A stretch of DNA of 62,075 bases, the filler included. It is 15 parts of 15 records of this genome, joined end to end, with 100 filler letters (N's around TTAATTAATTAA, not from the genome) between each part and the next. Parts side by side here need not be neighbours in the genome. Positions count along the whole stretch, not along the records: positions 34,200 to 38,286 come from SRR7504441_11026; positions 38,387 to 42,590 come from SRR7504441_11027; positions 42,691 to 46,186 come from SRR7504441_11034; positions 46,287 to 49,660 come from SRR7504441_11037; 11 more parts are not named here. One strand, 5' to 3'. A program made the position numbers and the translations under genes. Below, piece after piece: positions 34,968-46,667 of the stretch (positions are counted from its first letter, which is position 1; every line of letters starts with the position of its first letter). The notes below the pieces were generated by a model. That model was given only the letters and a program-made list of their open reading frames with translations. It ran no database searches and was not told the origin of the DNA.

Positions 34968-36266
34968 TTAAACGGTTGTGCCATTGGCAGCAACGCAGGC
35001 TTGAGATATTGTGCCATTCTTAGCCCAGATCTGGTTGGGCCCCCATTGCTTGTTGGAGGTGACTTTTACGAGACCCCACCCAATATTGAGATGCAGCTCG
35101 GCCTCGCTGGTCAGCTGAACCGCATAGTCAACAGACTCACATATCTTGTTACCCACGGTGTCGCCCTGGATCTGCATATTAATCCCAGGGTTGATTTGCA
35201 GCCCATAGGTGAAGAGCTGATTCACATGCAGCTTTGCCGAGGGGACCAGAGAGAGGCTTGCTTGCCCATTAAACTGCGCTGAGCCAGAGATTGTTGGGGA
35301 GATCAGCAGGTTCGGTTCGGGCTGATGATGCACCCAGTGGTTATCTGGATCCCAGGAAATGAACGAATCTCCGATGTCATATTGCATTGCGACACCCGCT
35401 TGGGCCTGTGCGGAGGCCTGCAGCTGAGCTGAGCCTTGGATGGCTTGGTCCACTTCAAACCAGAACACAAACGGAACAGGACCGATCTTAAACGACACCA
35501 CTGGGTTATTAGCCCCGCCGGCGACCAGCAGATTCTTGTTGACGCCCACCGACCACGACTTCTGCGCCTGGAACTTGACATCGAGAGCCGCGTCGGCAGT
35601 GATGTTCCGGAATCCGCCCTCGAGCGACTGCAGCTGGAACCCTTTGATTTTAATGCTGAAGAAGACATCGGCCGAGATCCCCGCAAAGCAACTGTCACAC
35701 GCCAACGAAATGATTCCATCGGAGAAGATCGGCAGCGGTGCCGCGGCCTGTTTGCACGAGGGATCCGCGTTTACGCCAATGCATATCGGTGCGTCCACCT
35801 GAGCCTCTACCAGGCAATCCTGGTGCGGCTTGGAGCCGTAGTCAATGTCGGCATCGCTGTAGATCTCATCGTACTGGGCTGCCGACACCTGGGTGATCAC
35901 CGCCTGTCCATCGAGCTGGGCAGAGTTGACCCGGCGCATCAGGAACCCTTTGGACGGGTCAGCTTGCAGCGGGCAGCCGTGCTTCTCCCCGCCGGTCAGG
36001 TACACGTTCCCGAGCTTGATCTTGGTCCACAGCCCGGTCGAGTGGATTTCGTCGTGGAAGATTACCTTGAGCCGCGAGTTGTCGCACTCGAGCTGTTTGA
36101 GCCCGGCCAGTGTATCTAGCTCCACGATCGATTCGGCCTGCACCGCCAGCTGGGTGTCATACCGCACGCTGTGGAGCCGGCCGCCGGCGCAGAACCGGTG
36201 CGACCCAGTCTGGGTGGCGCTAGCGGCGACAGCGAGCAGCGCGAATGCGAGGGCTGAGCTCGCCAT
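34968..36266 (-). CDS. Secreted beta-rich, Cys-containing hypothetical protein (intronless)
   Basis: Signal peptide MASSALAFALLAVAASA from the ATG at 36266. The upstream part of the listed ORF is antisense to the next gene. Confidence 0.8.
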   Translation of the reverse strand: MASSALAFALLAVAASATQTGSHRFCAGGRLHSVRYDTQLAVQAESIVELDTLAGLKQLECDNSRLKVIFHDEIHSTGLWTKIKLGNVYLTGGEKHGCPLQADPSKGFLMRRVNSAQLDGQAVITQVSAAQYDEIYSDADIDYGSKPHQDCLVEAQVDAPICIGVNADPSCKQAAAPLPIFSDGIISLACDSCFAGISADVFFSIKIKGFQLQSLEGGFRNITADAALDVKFQAQKSWSVGVNKNLLVAGGANNPVVSFKIGPVPFVFWFEVDQAIQGSAQLQASAQAQAGVAMQYDIGDSFISWDPDNHWVHHQPEPNLLISPTISGSAQFNGQASLSLVPSAKLHVNQLFTYGLQINPGINMQIQGDTVGNKICESVDYAVQLTSEAELHLNIGWGLVKVTSNKQWGPNQIWAKNGTISQACVAANGTTV

Positions 36267-36322
36267 GATGAGTAACGGACGGATGACCGGATTCACCGGA
36301 TTGGGGCACCCCACTGCAGGCA

Positions 36323-37448
36323 ATGTGGCTTGAGGAGGCGCTGCCGGCGCTGGTGGGCGCCCCCGGGGAGGAGTACATCGGGGTGCCCGTGCTGAGGGAC
36401 GGCCGCTCAGCCCAGGCCAGGCGCTCACTCGCCGGCTGCTCGCCGCGATTTGCGACCCGTCCAGAGGATCGCACCGGCGGGTGGCCGATGCGGGGGAGGA
36501 CGACACTACCCAGACAGACGCTGAGGCAGCCGCAGCGCTGTTTGTGGATGCTTCTAGTGGTGAACCGGGAGTCCCAATTGCGGAATGGACTGGATTGGTG
36601 GACTTTGGTGTGCTTTCTGAGCTTGTGTCTCGTGAGGCAACACGCCTGCACCCCAATAGGGCCAGACGCCTGACATAGTTGTGCAGGCAGACAGATACGG
36701 ACCACAGAGAATTGTGGAGCTTGTCCAACTGGTATGGGAGACCATGGAAGACCGTGTCAAGAGCTGCAGGGGAAGCATCAGCCAATCGCCAAACTCTGGG
36801 AGCATACGTTTCGCTGGATTTGTGCACGGTGCTGCGGGGCGAGTTGCCCTTGGCTCTGCAGCGGCTGATGAATTACTTCACTCGGCGAAGGAGATTCGCT
36901 TGTGGTTTAATTTAATCGACAGAGACAGCGGTGGTTCGATTGAAGTCTCTGAATTTGAAGAATTTACTAGCAGTCTCGGGGCAAAGCTTGACCCAGGGGT
37001 GATGGACAAGATCTCTGAACTTGATGTCAATGGCGATGGCACAATAGACTTTTCCGAATTCGCGCAAATCTTGACAGACAAGGAGGCAATCGAGTTGCAA
37101 CGAGGCATTCGTTTAAAGCTGACGGAGTGCGCTGCCATGTTTGAGCTGTTTGACTTGAATAAGAATGGCTTCGTCAGTGTCCCTGAACTGCATGCTGTCA
37201 TGGGCTCTCTAGGACTCCAGATTACAGCAAAGGAATTAGAAGGGTTGCTATCCGAGGTTGATGGCTCTGGGAGCTCTGCTAGTGATGGCTCACTTGACTT
37301 TCCCGAGTTTGTCCAGTTAGTTGCTAGTGCTACAGCAGAGCATGCAAGTTTGGCAGGCAGGCAGCTGCATGCTCAATTTTTGGAGCTTCGTGAGACCTTT
37401 GAGATTTTCAGCGACTGTCAAGCCTCTATCTCACTAATATCGTTCTGA
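36323..37448 (+). CDS. Calmodulin-like multi-EF-hand protein
   Basis: EF loops DRDSGGSIEVSE, DVNGDGTIDFSE, DLNKNGFVSVPE and DGSLDFPE. The 5' exons are tentative (GC-AG introns 36421-36464 and 36637-36686). The ORF ends abruptly after LRETFEIF. Confidence 0.8.
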
Positions 37449-37972
37449 GCCACAATTTCTTCAGCGTTATCAAGGGTACATCGAATACCTAGAACTTGGA
37501 GCCTGTTCTGGAGTCCCTGCACATTGATGATCATGTCTGAACATGGGCCAGTGAAAGATCGAAAATCAGCAATCCACTCACTTAGCGCACTCGAAATCTT
37601 GTACTTCAGTTCACAAGGTGGTCCAGCCCAGACTCGACAAAACTCTTTAAAGGTGATGCTCAGTGATGTGGTCTGGATTTGATACATGCTGTTTCGCACT
37701 TTCTTCCATCCTGCCAAATCGCCCGCTGTTGGAACGACCATATCTGTATCCCCACGAGCAACCACAGCGCACGTGAAGGCGATATAGTTCATTCGAAGAC
37801 TTCTGAGAACATGTTGTGTGTGCTTCTGTAGCTCGGTCACCGGGAACACCAATACTTTGGCAAAAGTTGGCAACCAGAAAATTTGCACTGGACTGGCTCG
37901 AGCAGCAATCCAGGACTGACCAAGTGTAAATTTCGGCATATGTTTGTACCTGCCTCTGACATGCGTGGCCAT
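37418..37972 (-). CDS. Degenerate EF-hand-like ORF, convergent with and similar to the preceding gene
   Basis: ITFKEF...CELKYKISSALSEWIADFRSF...LGIRCTLDNAEEIVAQND aligns by eye with IDFSEF...IELQRGIRLKLTECAAMFELF...LGLQITAKELEGLLSEVD. Confidence 0.5.
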   Translation of the reverse strand: MATHVRGRYKHMPKFTLGQSWIAARASPVQIFWLPTFAKVLVFPVTELQKHTQHVLRSLRMNYIAFTCAVVARGDTDMVVPTAGDLAGWKKVRNSMYQIQTTSLSITFKEFCRVWAGPPCELKYKISSALSEWIADFRSFTGPCSDMIINVQGLQNRLQVLGIRCTLDNAEEIVAQNDISEIEA

Positions 37973-38683
37973 CTCACGCGGGCCGAGTTTGTATCATAGT
38001 GTTTTAACAACAGTGCGTCGCATCATCTCTACACTCGAGCCAGTAATCCTCCGTTTGGAGACTACTTTTGTTATTTGCGAGGCTGCTAAGCTCGAAAACA
38101 GAAGCCACTCTTCTCAAGGAAAATCAATCTCTGAGCAAGACACAGATGAGCTGGCTCTTTCTTGCCCTAGGGCTTGCAATGGCAATGTGCAGGTGGCTAC
38201 CTTGGAGTTTCCAGCCGTCCTCGGGGATCAGTCAATTACAGCAGCTCAGCCAGGGATAGCATTGAGGCCGTGTTCTTGTTTTGTCTNNNNNNNNNNNNNN
38301 NNNNNNNNNNNNNNNNNNNNNNNNNNNNNNTTAATTAATTAANNNNNNNNNNNNNNNNNNNNNNNNNNNNNNNNNNNNNNNNNNNNGTCCTTTCCTGTTT
38401 ATCCAATACTACGACGCTACGATAGATCATGCTACAATGCAATAGATCCTAGAGAAGGCTGAGCACACAAGACAATTGATGATCCCACAGCCAGTGACGC
38501 GCTAACCAAAGCCTGCACATCGGACCCCGCCTCGTTGGCATCCGGCCGCCTTGGCCTCGGATCCACCTAGGCAACATTCACGAGCATTCAGTCATCCAAA
38601 CTCATCGAGCTCGACGACTGCATCTGTCATATATCTGTCATTTGTCGGTGTCGGTTGGAGTTCAGTTGTGTGAGAACCGAGCG

Positions 38684-41600
38684 ATGGAGGGACGGAGCGC
38701 GCTCAGCGTCCCGCTGCTCGAGACACCCGCACCGGCTGAATCAACGGGCAGTCCGCGCGGGTCCGCCCAGAGCACCCCCCGGAACAACACAGTGAGCTCG
38801 GCGGTGTTCACGAGGATCCAGAGCCTCGATCCCGAGGAGATGCATCAACTCTTTGACAAACGTGCGGCCCAGGCCGGCCGGCCGACCGGGGGGCAGACGA
38901 CCGGGACAAGACCGGCAAGATCAACACCGAGATGGAGCTGCTTCACCTCACGCTGGGGGTGATCCTCAAGCAAGGGCTGGACATCGATGTAGCCCCCGGG
39001 GGACGGGCGGGGGGGAGACGGGCGGGGCAGGCCCAGATGGTGATGCACAAGGTGACCGGGATGCACGACCTGGAGCTCAACCCGCTTGACCTGCCCACCT
39101 TTGCCACCTGGTTCGACCGCGAGTTCCTCGGTGCGCCTCCAACCTGCCCGCCCTCACCTGGGGCCGCAGTTGCGCGCTCCGACGAGTCGCCGCCTTCGAG
39201 CCCCCGCAACCGAGCCGATTCGGGGGCCGCATCCCCCGCAACCTTGCAGCTGTCGTCGCATGACGTCGTGCGTGCTGGCCCTGCGTCCAAGCGCCGTTCG
39301 GGCCCTGGGGCCAAATGGTATGAGCGGAGCGAGTTCCAGCCAACTTGGCGGCGACTGTGTGTGCAAGTAGCCACTAAGCTGCCCGAATGTCTGGGCGAGA
39401 CCACTATGCATAAGGATGACGGGACCACGGAGACGGTTCCGCTGCTGAAGAGCCAGTACGCGAGCTTGTCTGTTGGTGAAGAACTGGTGGCATTTGCGAT
39501 GGTCGAGCATCTGTGCTACGAGTCCGAGAAACAAGTCGAGATCTTCGTCAAGCGCAAGGGCCCGGGCAAGAGTCGGGTGATGGTCCACTGGCATACCGAG
39601 AACGTCGACGTGATGGCGGTGCGGCCCCTAACCGTACTGCAGAAACATTATTACTAGTACAAAGTACATACTATTCAGTTTGAAGCACGCTGTGTGACGT
39701 TGGGTGCGCAGGAGTCTTACGAGCCGCAGCAGGGCGTGCTCCATATGGAACCGAACGAGTTCAAGGGGTCTTTCTTGATCACGCTGTATGACAACGATGT
39801 GCCTGCCATCCGTGCGCCGCCTGAGACTCTGCAACAGGTGTGGAATCTGGAAGAGAAGATGAGAGTGAGGCTGAGTGACCCAGTCGGTGCCAGCCTGGGC
39901 GAGCTGGACGTGACCACCCTGGTCATCCTGAACGAGGACGTATTCCCTAACGGAGAAGACGTCCCCAGTGTCTCTATGATGTTTTCTGACTGCTTCCGGT
40001 GGCTGCGGCGCGGGGGCACACCAAGGTCACCAAGGTCACGAGAGGCATCCGATCGCAGCTATCACGTCAACAAGCGCGGAAAATGCGAGGGTGCGTGGCT
40101 CGCGAGCGCTGGGCTGACAGTTGTGGCAGGGCTGGATCTTACTTTGGCGTTTGCGAGCCAGATGATGCATAAATACAGAGACGAGTTCATTATGCTATTC
40201 AAACTGCAGTTTTGCCCGAGCCTATTCTGGCTGGCCACCAAGGTGACGCTCCTTGTGGGTGTGAACGCGGTTACTGAGCCCGATGGCCACGAGGTACTAT
40301 TGTCCATTATTCATTCATTATTATTTATTGACGGTCCGTGGATAGGGCACCCTCTGGCTTGTGGCCGGCATTTTCCTGGTTGGGTTTGTCATCTGGTTCT
40401 TTGGATCCGAAATGACCTCGCAGACGCGACTTACGGACAAGATCACCCGGCTGCTCCTGACCTTCGTGGTCGGGAGTAACATCCAGCTGACCAAGCGCGA
40501 AGAGGAGAACTTCTCCGAGGGCAAAGTGCTGCTGCTGGCGAACGAGCATGTACGAGATGCTATGGAGGGCTGCGTGACCGGGATGCTAGAGATCTCCAGG
40601 AGCGTGATCCAGCTGGTTTTCATGACGGCCTTTACTGTCTACCTGGCGTGGAACAAGGTCTACCTGCTCTTGATACCTGTGGTCCAGTTGATCGTCGATG
40701 GGTTGATTGTGAGCTATCGGCTGAGGGAGGCATCTCAGACGCTTGAAGAGGATATCTCGGTCAATCATCGGTGGATCGACAGACTCTCAGAGATGTCTAT
40801 GTACCGGCACGTGATCACCGCCTATGCGGAGGGCACAAGGTACATCCACACTTTCGCCAAGGAAGTCGAGGAGTCGGACGACAACAAGTTTGATGGAGAC
40901 TCGGCTCGGCTGCACACCATGCAGTTTGTCAAGGGCATCCACTCGCTGCTGTTCATCAGTGCGCTCGTGTACGGTGGACAGGCTGTGCTGGCTGGGACTA
41001 TGCGGGCCGGTATCTACGTGGCGCTGCTCGGAACAATCCGAGACTACGACGGGAACATCCAGGAGCTGATGGACTCGATCTGGGAGTTCATATCATGCTC
41101 AGAGAGTGTCGAAGCACTCGGCGAGCTCTTAAACGCCGACACTCGACGGAAAGTGCGGCTTTCGGCGTTCCGGTCCGGGCAGCTCAAGCTGCCTTTCCTG
41201 TCGTCGGGCAGCACCAACATCTTCATGCAGAATCTGAAATTCAGCCACAAGGTGGGCGAGGGCCAGCCGGCGGTGCTGCTTGGCCCGATCTCACTAGAGA
41301 TCCAGCAGGGCCAGATCGTGGTGATCACCGACTCCGCAGAGGTCCAGGGCAAGAAGACGCTGCTCCAGCTGTTCGCTGGGACCATCCTACCCAAATCCGG
41401 ATCGATCGGCGTGCCAGGCAATCTGCGCACAATCTATCTCCCACCAAATCCGGTGCTGCTCTCTGGCACGGTGCTCTCCAACCTGCAATTCGGCAACGTG
41501 CGTGGCGCGGGCACGCACTCCAATAGCGAGATCAAGGCGCTGTGCGAGGCGCTGGGTTTGAGCCAGAGGCTGTGTGACAATATGGACACCGAGGTCGGGG

Positions 41601-41981
41601 CCAACGGCGCCCGGATCGCCGTGTCGGACATCTGCCTCATTTCGGTAGCCAGGGCGTTCCTGGGCTCGGCGGATGTGCTGCTGATGGCCAACAATCTCGA
41701 TTTGCTCAAACCAAACAAGGCCGTGCACGTCATGGAGATGCTGCAAGAGTGGGTCAAGAACCGCGGGCTCCCCAAGTTTCTGTCGCACGACAACGATCCC
41801 AACGTGCCGCAGGGCCTTTTTTTCAAGGGACATGCGCAAGACAGTGCCCAAGACAATCGGAAGAAGAAGACGGTGCGAGCTGCCCACTGGTGTGTTTATT
41901 GAGGTCTGGGGACAGGTGATAATGACCACCAACTCGGTCATGCTGGACAGGGAAGCTGACGCCCGGATTTTCTTATTTTAA
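38684..41981 (+). CDS. EF-hand + Calx-beta + ABC half-transporter-like protein with a degenerate NBD; 7 introns
   Basis: EF loop DRDKTGKINTEME; Calx-beta-like VEIFVKRKG...TTLVILNEDVFP; TMD ending LVYGGQAVLAGTM; NBD-like ISLEIQQGQIV...LLSGTVLSNLQFG. Introns at 38862-38896, 38989-39030, 39619-39711, 39799-39837, 40091-40129, 40294-40345 and 41873-41915. Confidence 0.82.
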
Positions 41982-42300
41982 ATGAGCGCATTCTTAGCGA
42001 TATACAATCCACAGATCAAGTCATGATCAGTGCCATGAATACATCCAGATCCCACCATGCATCCGACGACACAACACGGAGCAAAGATCAGTGACGAGGT
42101 ACCACGCTAGGTAGCAAGATCTAACTCCGATAGGCTTACTCCTAAATTAGACCTTAGCTTCGAATAGTAGTATCAATAAACTAATTTCGATCAAAAACAA
42201 ACTCCGATTGATTACGTGATTACATGCGTAATCTTCACAACTCTTTCATTGTCTTGATCTTAGAGCCACTTCCAAGCTCCCAACTGACAGGCGGTTGGCG

Positions 42301-42590
42301 ATGCCGCCCTTTGCGACCTGGAATCAGGACCAGCTGCCGCGTGACCGGCTGACCTACACCTCCGCCCCGCCCTCGGTCTTTAGCAACCGCCGAGCGACGC
42401 CGAGCGCAGCCCATCCGATCGGCCGGACCCGTTCAGCGTCGCGCCGGCCGCCCGGGCCCGCCGAGCTTTCGCGGATGAAGCGGCAACTGGCCGACCAGGC
42501 GGCTGGTCCTAGCCCGCCGGACGGGCCGAGCATCGGATCAGACGGGTTGCAGCCTGGCGGGGCAAAACTAATCAGTGCAATGCCGGCGGA
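42301..42590 (+). CDS. Hypothetical protein N-terminus (3'-truncated)
   Basis: ATG at the AT-to-GC transition and open to the spacer. Confidence 0.4.
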
Positions 42591-42690
42591 NNNNNNNNNN
42601 NNNNNNNNNNNNNNNNNNNNNNNNNNNNNNNNNNTTAATTAATTAANNNNNNNNNNNNNNNNNNNNNNNNNNNNNNNNNNNNNNNNNNNN

Positions 42691-43150
42691 GCAGGGAGTG
42701 GACATCTTTGTGAACGATGGCAGTGACCCACGGGCCATCGCGTGCCGAAGGAAGACACACAACATCCGACAGGCCTGCTACGCCCCGTTCCTGGCGCACT
42801 GGCTCGATAAGTTCGACCCGAGTCAGTTTGTGCTTATCTCGTCGACGGCGTTTTTCGACTCGCCGAGCGAGGTGGTGGCAGAGCTGGCGGAGGCTCTCGG
42901 ACTGCCTGTCGCTCTGGGAGCTGAAGAAGAGCTTCGGGATCTGGTCAACGGCAAGGGCAGCAACAGGAATCCGACCAAGCCGCGCATCGAGCAGGAGGAT
43001 CCGGCTACGATTGCGGCTTTGCGGGATTTCTTTAGGGACAAGTGCAGCGTGCCGCTGGCCTCGCTGATCAAGCAGCATGCTGTCAAGGGGGGGTCGGGGC
43101 TACGGTTTATAGGCAGTGTCGAGCCGTTTGTCCAGATAGGATGGACTTGA
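42691..43150 (+). CDS. Sulfotransferase C-terminal fragment (heparan-sulfate-sulfotransferase-like)
   Basis: ACYAPFLAHWLDKFDPSQFVLISSTAFFDSPSEVVAELAEALGL and ALRDFF. Confidence 0.7.
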
Positions 43151-43926
43151 AGAAATTATGGCATAAATGCAGCTAAGATATTTTTTACAAACTTCATACT
43201 CGTACGAGTATGCATGCCAGTGGAATAGCTTAATTATTGGGACCAGAAACGTGATCCATTTCCTCAGTTGCATGATTCTATTGCGCCGCCTCTGCGGCTT
43301 GCAAGACGTCCTCCCCCGCTGCTCTCAACCCGCCGTTTACCTCAGCTTAGTTGCTCGAGCTAGCACTGAAGGTCGGCGCCGGCAGCAGATTGATGAGAGC
43401 CTGGGGCAGGTCTCGGGCCTGGAGCTTGATCACAGGTTTCTTGGTGGCGGTCATCGGGATGGCTCCGGCTCTTGGCCAACGGATGTACTTGGAGGTCTTG
43501 ATAACTGCGGGCCGATCGGGTCAAAGCGATGGCATCGGGGGGTATGCGGCCGGAATGGATAGCGCCGCTGACACAGGTCAGGCGCTACGAGATGGCCAGG
43601 AATATGGCGCCACGATTTACGCCCAGCGGCAGTTATTTCTGTGCCAAAGAGCCCCAGTGGTGGCGCGTGAGCCGAGGTGAGGGCTTGGGGGCCGGGGTCA
43701 CCTCGTGGGAGATCGCGTTGAGCCCTCAACCTCCGTTCGTCGCGCTAGCCGTCTGCACGCGCTCCTCGTCCGATCCGCCCGGGCGAGGCGTCTTGGACCG
43801 TGCCGTGTCGTCCTGACTACTCACCATGCTTCTCATCTTCGCCGCGGCCGAGCCGCCGTTGGCGCAACGGCATTCGGAGCATTGGTCACATCATGGGAGC
43901 ACTGGCCTGGGCCTGGTGAGGAGAGC

Positions 43927-44686
43927 ATGACCCCGACATCCAGCCGGCGGCTTGCGAGCCCTGGCCCGCCGGGGGATCTGCGCCGACAGCTCCAGCCGAG
44001 TATCCTGCGTCGGCGCACCCCTATTCGCAAGAGGATCTGGCCGACCCAGGCCCCCTCCGGCCAGGCGCGGGTGCCCCAACCCAAGCGGCTTTGCGCTCGG
44101 TCGGAGGGTGGGCCCGGGCTGGAGCGGACCTCGGTGCTCGACGTGATCGCGGTGGACGATATCTTGGAGCTGGTAAGCTGGCCGCGTTGCCCCGCCTGAC
44201 CGAGAGTGGCAGCTCTACAAGCGACTGTGCCCGCGCCAGCAGCCTGGCCGGGCTGCGAGCGTGCTGTTCTCGATGTGCGGGGCGAGCCGGCGGGCGCTGA
44301 TGCCCAGCTTTGTGTCGCTGGCCATGCCACTGGAGAACGAGAAGATGTTTATGGTGCGCCTGCCACTGCCGCGGCTGGTCACGCCGGGGGGAAAGGGCGA
44401 CAACCCCGTCAAGTACTCGAGCGCTCTCGAGCTGCGGCTGCGGCACCTGTTCAGCATCGGGCAGCTGCGGCAGGGCGGGCACAGCATGTCTGCCTGGCGG
44501 TTCGGCAACAACCTAGTGGCAGCAAATCTGGAACAGCTCGCGGAGCGGATGCAAGGCGTCAGCCTGGCCCGAGTAGTGTTTGCAGCCCGGCGGTACTTTC
44601 GGGACTTTGGGCACTGGCACGACGTGACGCACGACTATAGCCCGCCCAGGCGGCAGCCGAGGAGCCAGCGGGGGGTCAACCGTTAA
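43927..44686 (+). CDS. Hypothetical protein; 1 intron
   Basis: Intron 44173-44212 (GTAAG...CTGAC...CAG) joins DDILEL to LYKRL in the frame of ORF 44261-44686. Confidence 0.55.
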
Positions 44687-44933
44687 AACGCGTTAGGGTG
44701 CGGGCGCTGGCCATTTGGTATTATTCCCACATTCGTCCCTTGGTGAACCTTAGATACAATCTAGGGGGCAGCAGTGCACTGTAGCTTGATAACCTATAGT
44801 CGCTTTTATTTAAACGCAGAAGACATAGCCTATATCGTATACGCCGTGCTTAATACTGACAAGTATATTGCTACCGATTTCTTTACTCGTATCTATTGTC
44901 GCGTTGAGCAAGTGTGCACGCACCCCTCAGATT

Positions 44934-46027
44934 CTAATACATACCCGAGCTCAGCAGGTCTTGCGGCATCGGCTCGCCTTGGATGTGCGCCCAAGACGCC
45001 GGCGCCTTCCACGCGATCCCTGCAGCGGCTCAGCCCCCCCCATCCTCCCGCAGAGGCACTTTGGTCGATCCCAAGAACGGGTGCTAGCGCTGCCGCAAGC
45101 GCATAGGCGTTCGGTACGTTGTCGCCTGCCAACTCGTCAGCTCCGTCGGCCTGGCCTGGCTGCCTTCGTAGCAAACGGAGAGGAGCACCGCACAAGGCAC
45201 CTACCCGCACCCAATGAGGCAAGACTGGCTCGCGGAAGCTCTCACGGGCTGGAGGCTTGCAGCGATCAGGGAGGAAAAGCTCTGCTTAGCCACCCAGCTC
45301 TCAACCCCCGCGCGCAGCTCCTCGAACCCAGCTCCACACAGCTCCGCCGCCATCTACCACACCGGCTCGCGCCCGAGCCCGCTCGCTGGGTGCACCCCGC
45401 CCGCTGGATCAGTCACAAACCTCAGCTGGCTCCTGCGCCGCGCGCTCAACTGCGCTTGGCCCCGGGCCGGCCACCCTGACATCTCCTGGTCGTTCCGAAA
45501 GGCCGCGTTCCCGCTGGAGAGGACGAGAACACGGCTGAACCCAGCCGCTTTGGCCCAGCCAGCCATCCCGTCGGCGAACTGCTCCACACTGCCCTGCGGC
45601 GGAGGCTCAGCGGTCATCCGGTTGGCCTGCCACTTTGACCAGCGGGCTGCGCTGCTGCACAATCGTGATCTTGTGCTCGGGGGCCCGGTACACTGCAAGC
45701 GGTTCAGCAGGCCCACCCGGCGGCCGCGCCTTCGATCGCGGTGGCGAGCTCGTCGGAGCCGTATGCCGCCCAGCCCACGATCGGGAGCACCGCCTGCGTG
45801 TCCACCAGCCCTGCCCCCCGGCTCCCAAAGGCCCACGCCCCGGCTGACCGATCCGGCTCGCCCCGAGAGTGCTCACCAAAAGGTCGACCGTGAGCTGGCC
45901 CACGTTGCCGGTCGAGACAGTCGGCTGCCCCCAGGTCGGCCGGCTGCCCGGCTGCCGGCCGCACCAGCACCAGCGTGTCCCCGGCGAGCTCGCACGCGGC
46001 CTCGCCGGACGGTACGAATTCCACCAT
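44934..46027 (-). CDS. PSMG2: Proteasome assembly chaperone 2 (PAC2/PSMG2); 9 introns
   Basis: LVLPTVSTGNVGQLTVDLL, IVQQRSP, VLVLSS, CYEGDNVPNA, WKAPASW...GMY*. Introns at 45925-45964, 45811-45848, 45693-45729 (GC), 45594-45633, 45433-45474, 45354-45395, 45201-45245, 45126-45163 (GC) and 45020-45059. Confidence 0.9.
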
Positions 46028-46286
46028 TCCCGCGCTGGTGATTCGACCAGCCAGAGCGGCTGCAGCGCTGGCGGCACGGGTCCGTCCGAGGAGCGGGCTG
46101 CACCCGAGGAGCGGGCCGGAGCGCTGGCGAGGATGCCACCAGTGGGAGCGGTACCCCCGATGCCGCCGAAGCTACGAAGGAGGCCCNNNNNNNNNNNNNN
46201 NNNNNNNNNNNNNNNNNNNNNNNNNNNNNNTTAATTAATTAANNNNNNNNNNNNNNNNNNNNNNNNNNNNNNNNNNNNNNNNNNNN

Positions 46287-46316
46287 AGTTAGTTAGTCAG
46301 TTAGTTAGTTAGTTAG
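46287..46316. repeat. (TTAG)n microsatellite at a contig start
   Basis: agttagttagtcagttagttagttagttag. Confidence 0.8.
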
Positions 46317-46667
46317 GCAAGCTCTCAAAGACAATCATAAAAGTGGCTCAACGACCTGCTGTACCGAGTATACTTGAGTTCGTTACATGATTGTCCAATA
46401 TTTCAAATAGTTTTCGTTTTATTGCAACGTTTGGTATAGTGTAGAGTCATGCATCGCACAAGTGAAGCTCATGCAATGTGGCTTACACGCCCTAAAAAAT
46501 ATCTGGGCAGGTTTCTCGAGTTGGTTGATCACTAATCTAAATCATCTCATAGGTGAAAACACCGGCACTTTTGGCACCAGGAGCATCCACCATACGTACT
46601 CAGGTCGTGATCGACTGCCATATCTGACAGCCGACCACTTCTCCACTTTAGAGTGCTCGGCCTTAAA

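Noticed and set aside
36267-36827. N-terminal extension of the 619-aa minus-strand ORF
   Set aside because: The signal peptide starts at 36266; the extension is antisense to the EF-hand gene.
45201-45395. TAG reassignment or readthrough (in-frame TAG at 45354, 45201 and 21052)
   Set aside because: Each TAG is the acceptor of an intron whose length is a multiple of 3, and TAA, TAG and TGA all end real genes here. The 21052 donor is the least certain.
46287-46317. (TTAG)n as a telomere
   Set aside because: It is short, interrupted, and has the G-containing strand at a 5' contig start, which is the wrong orientation for a chromosome end.
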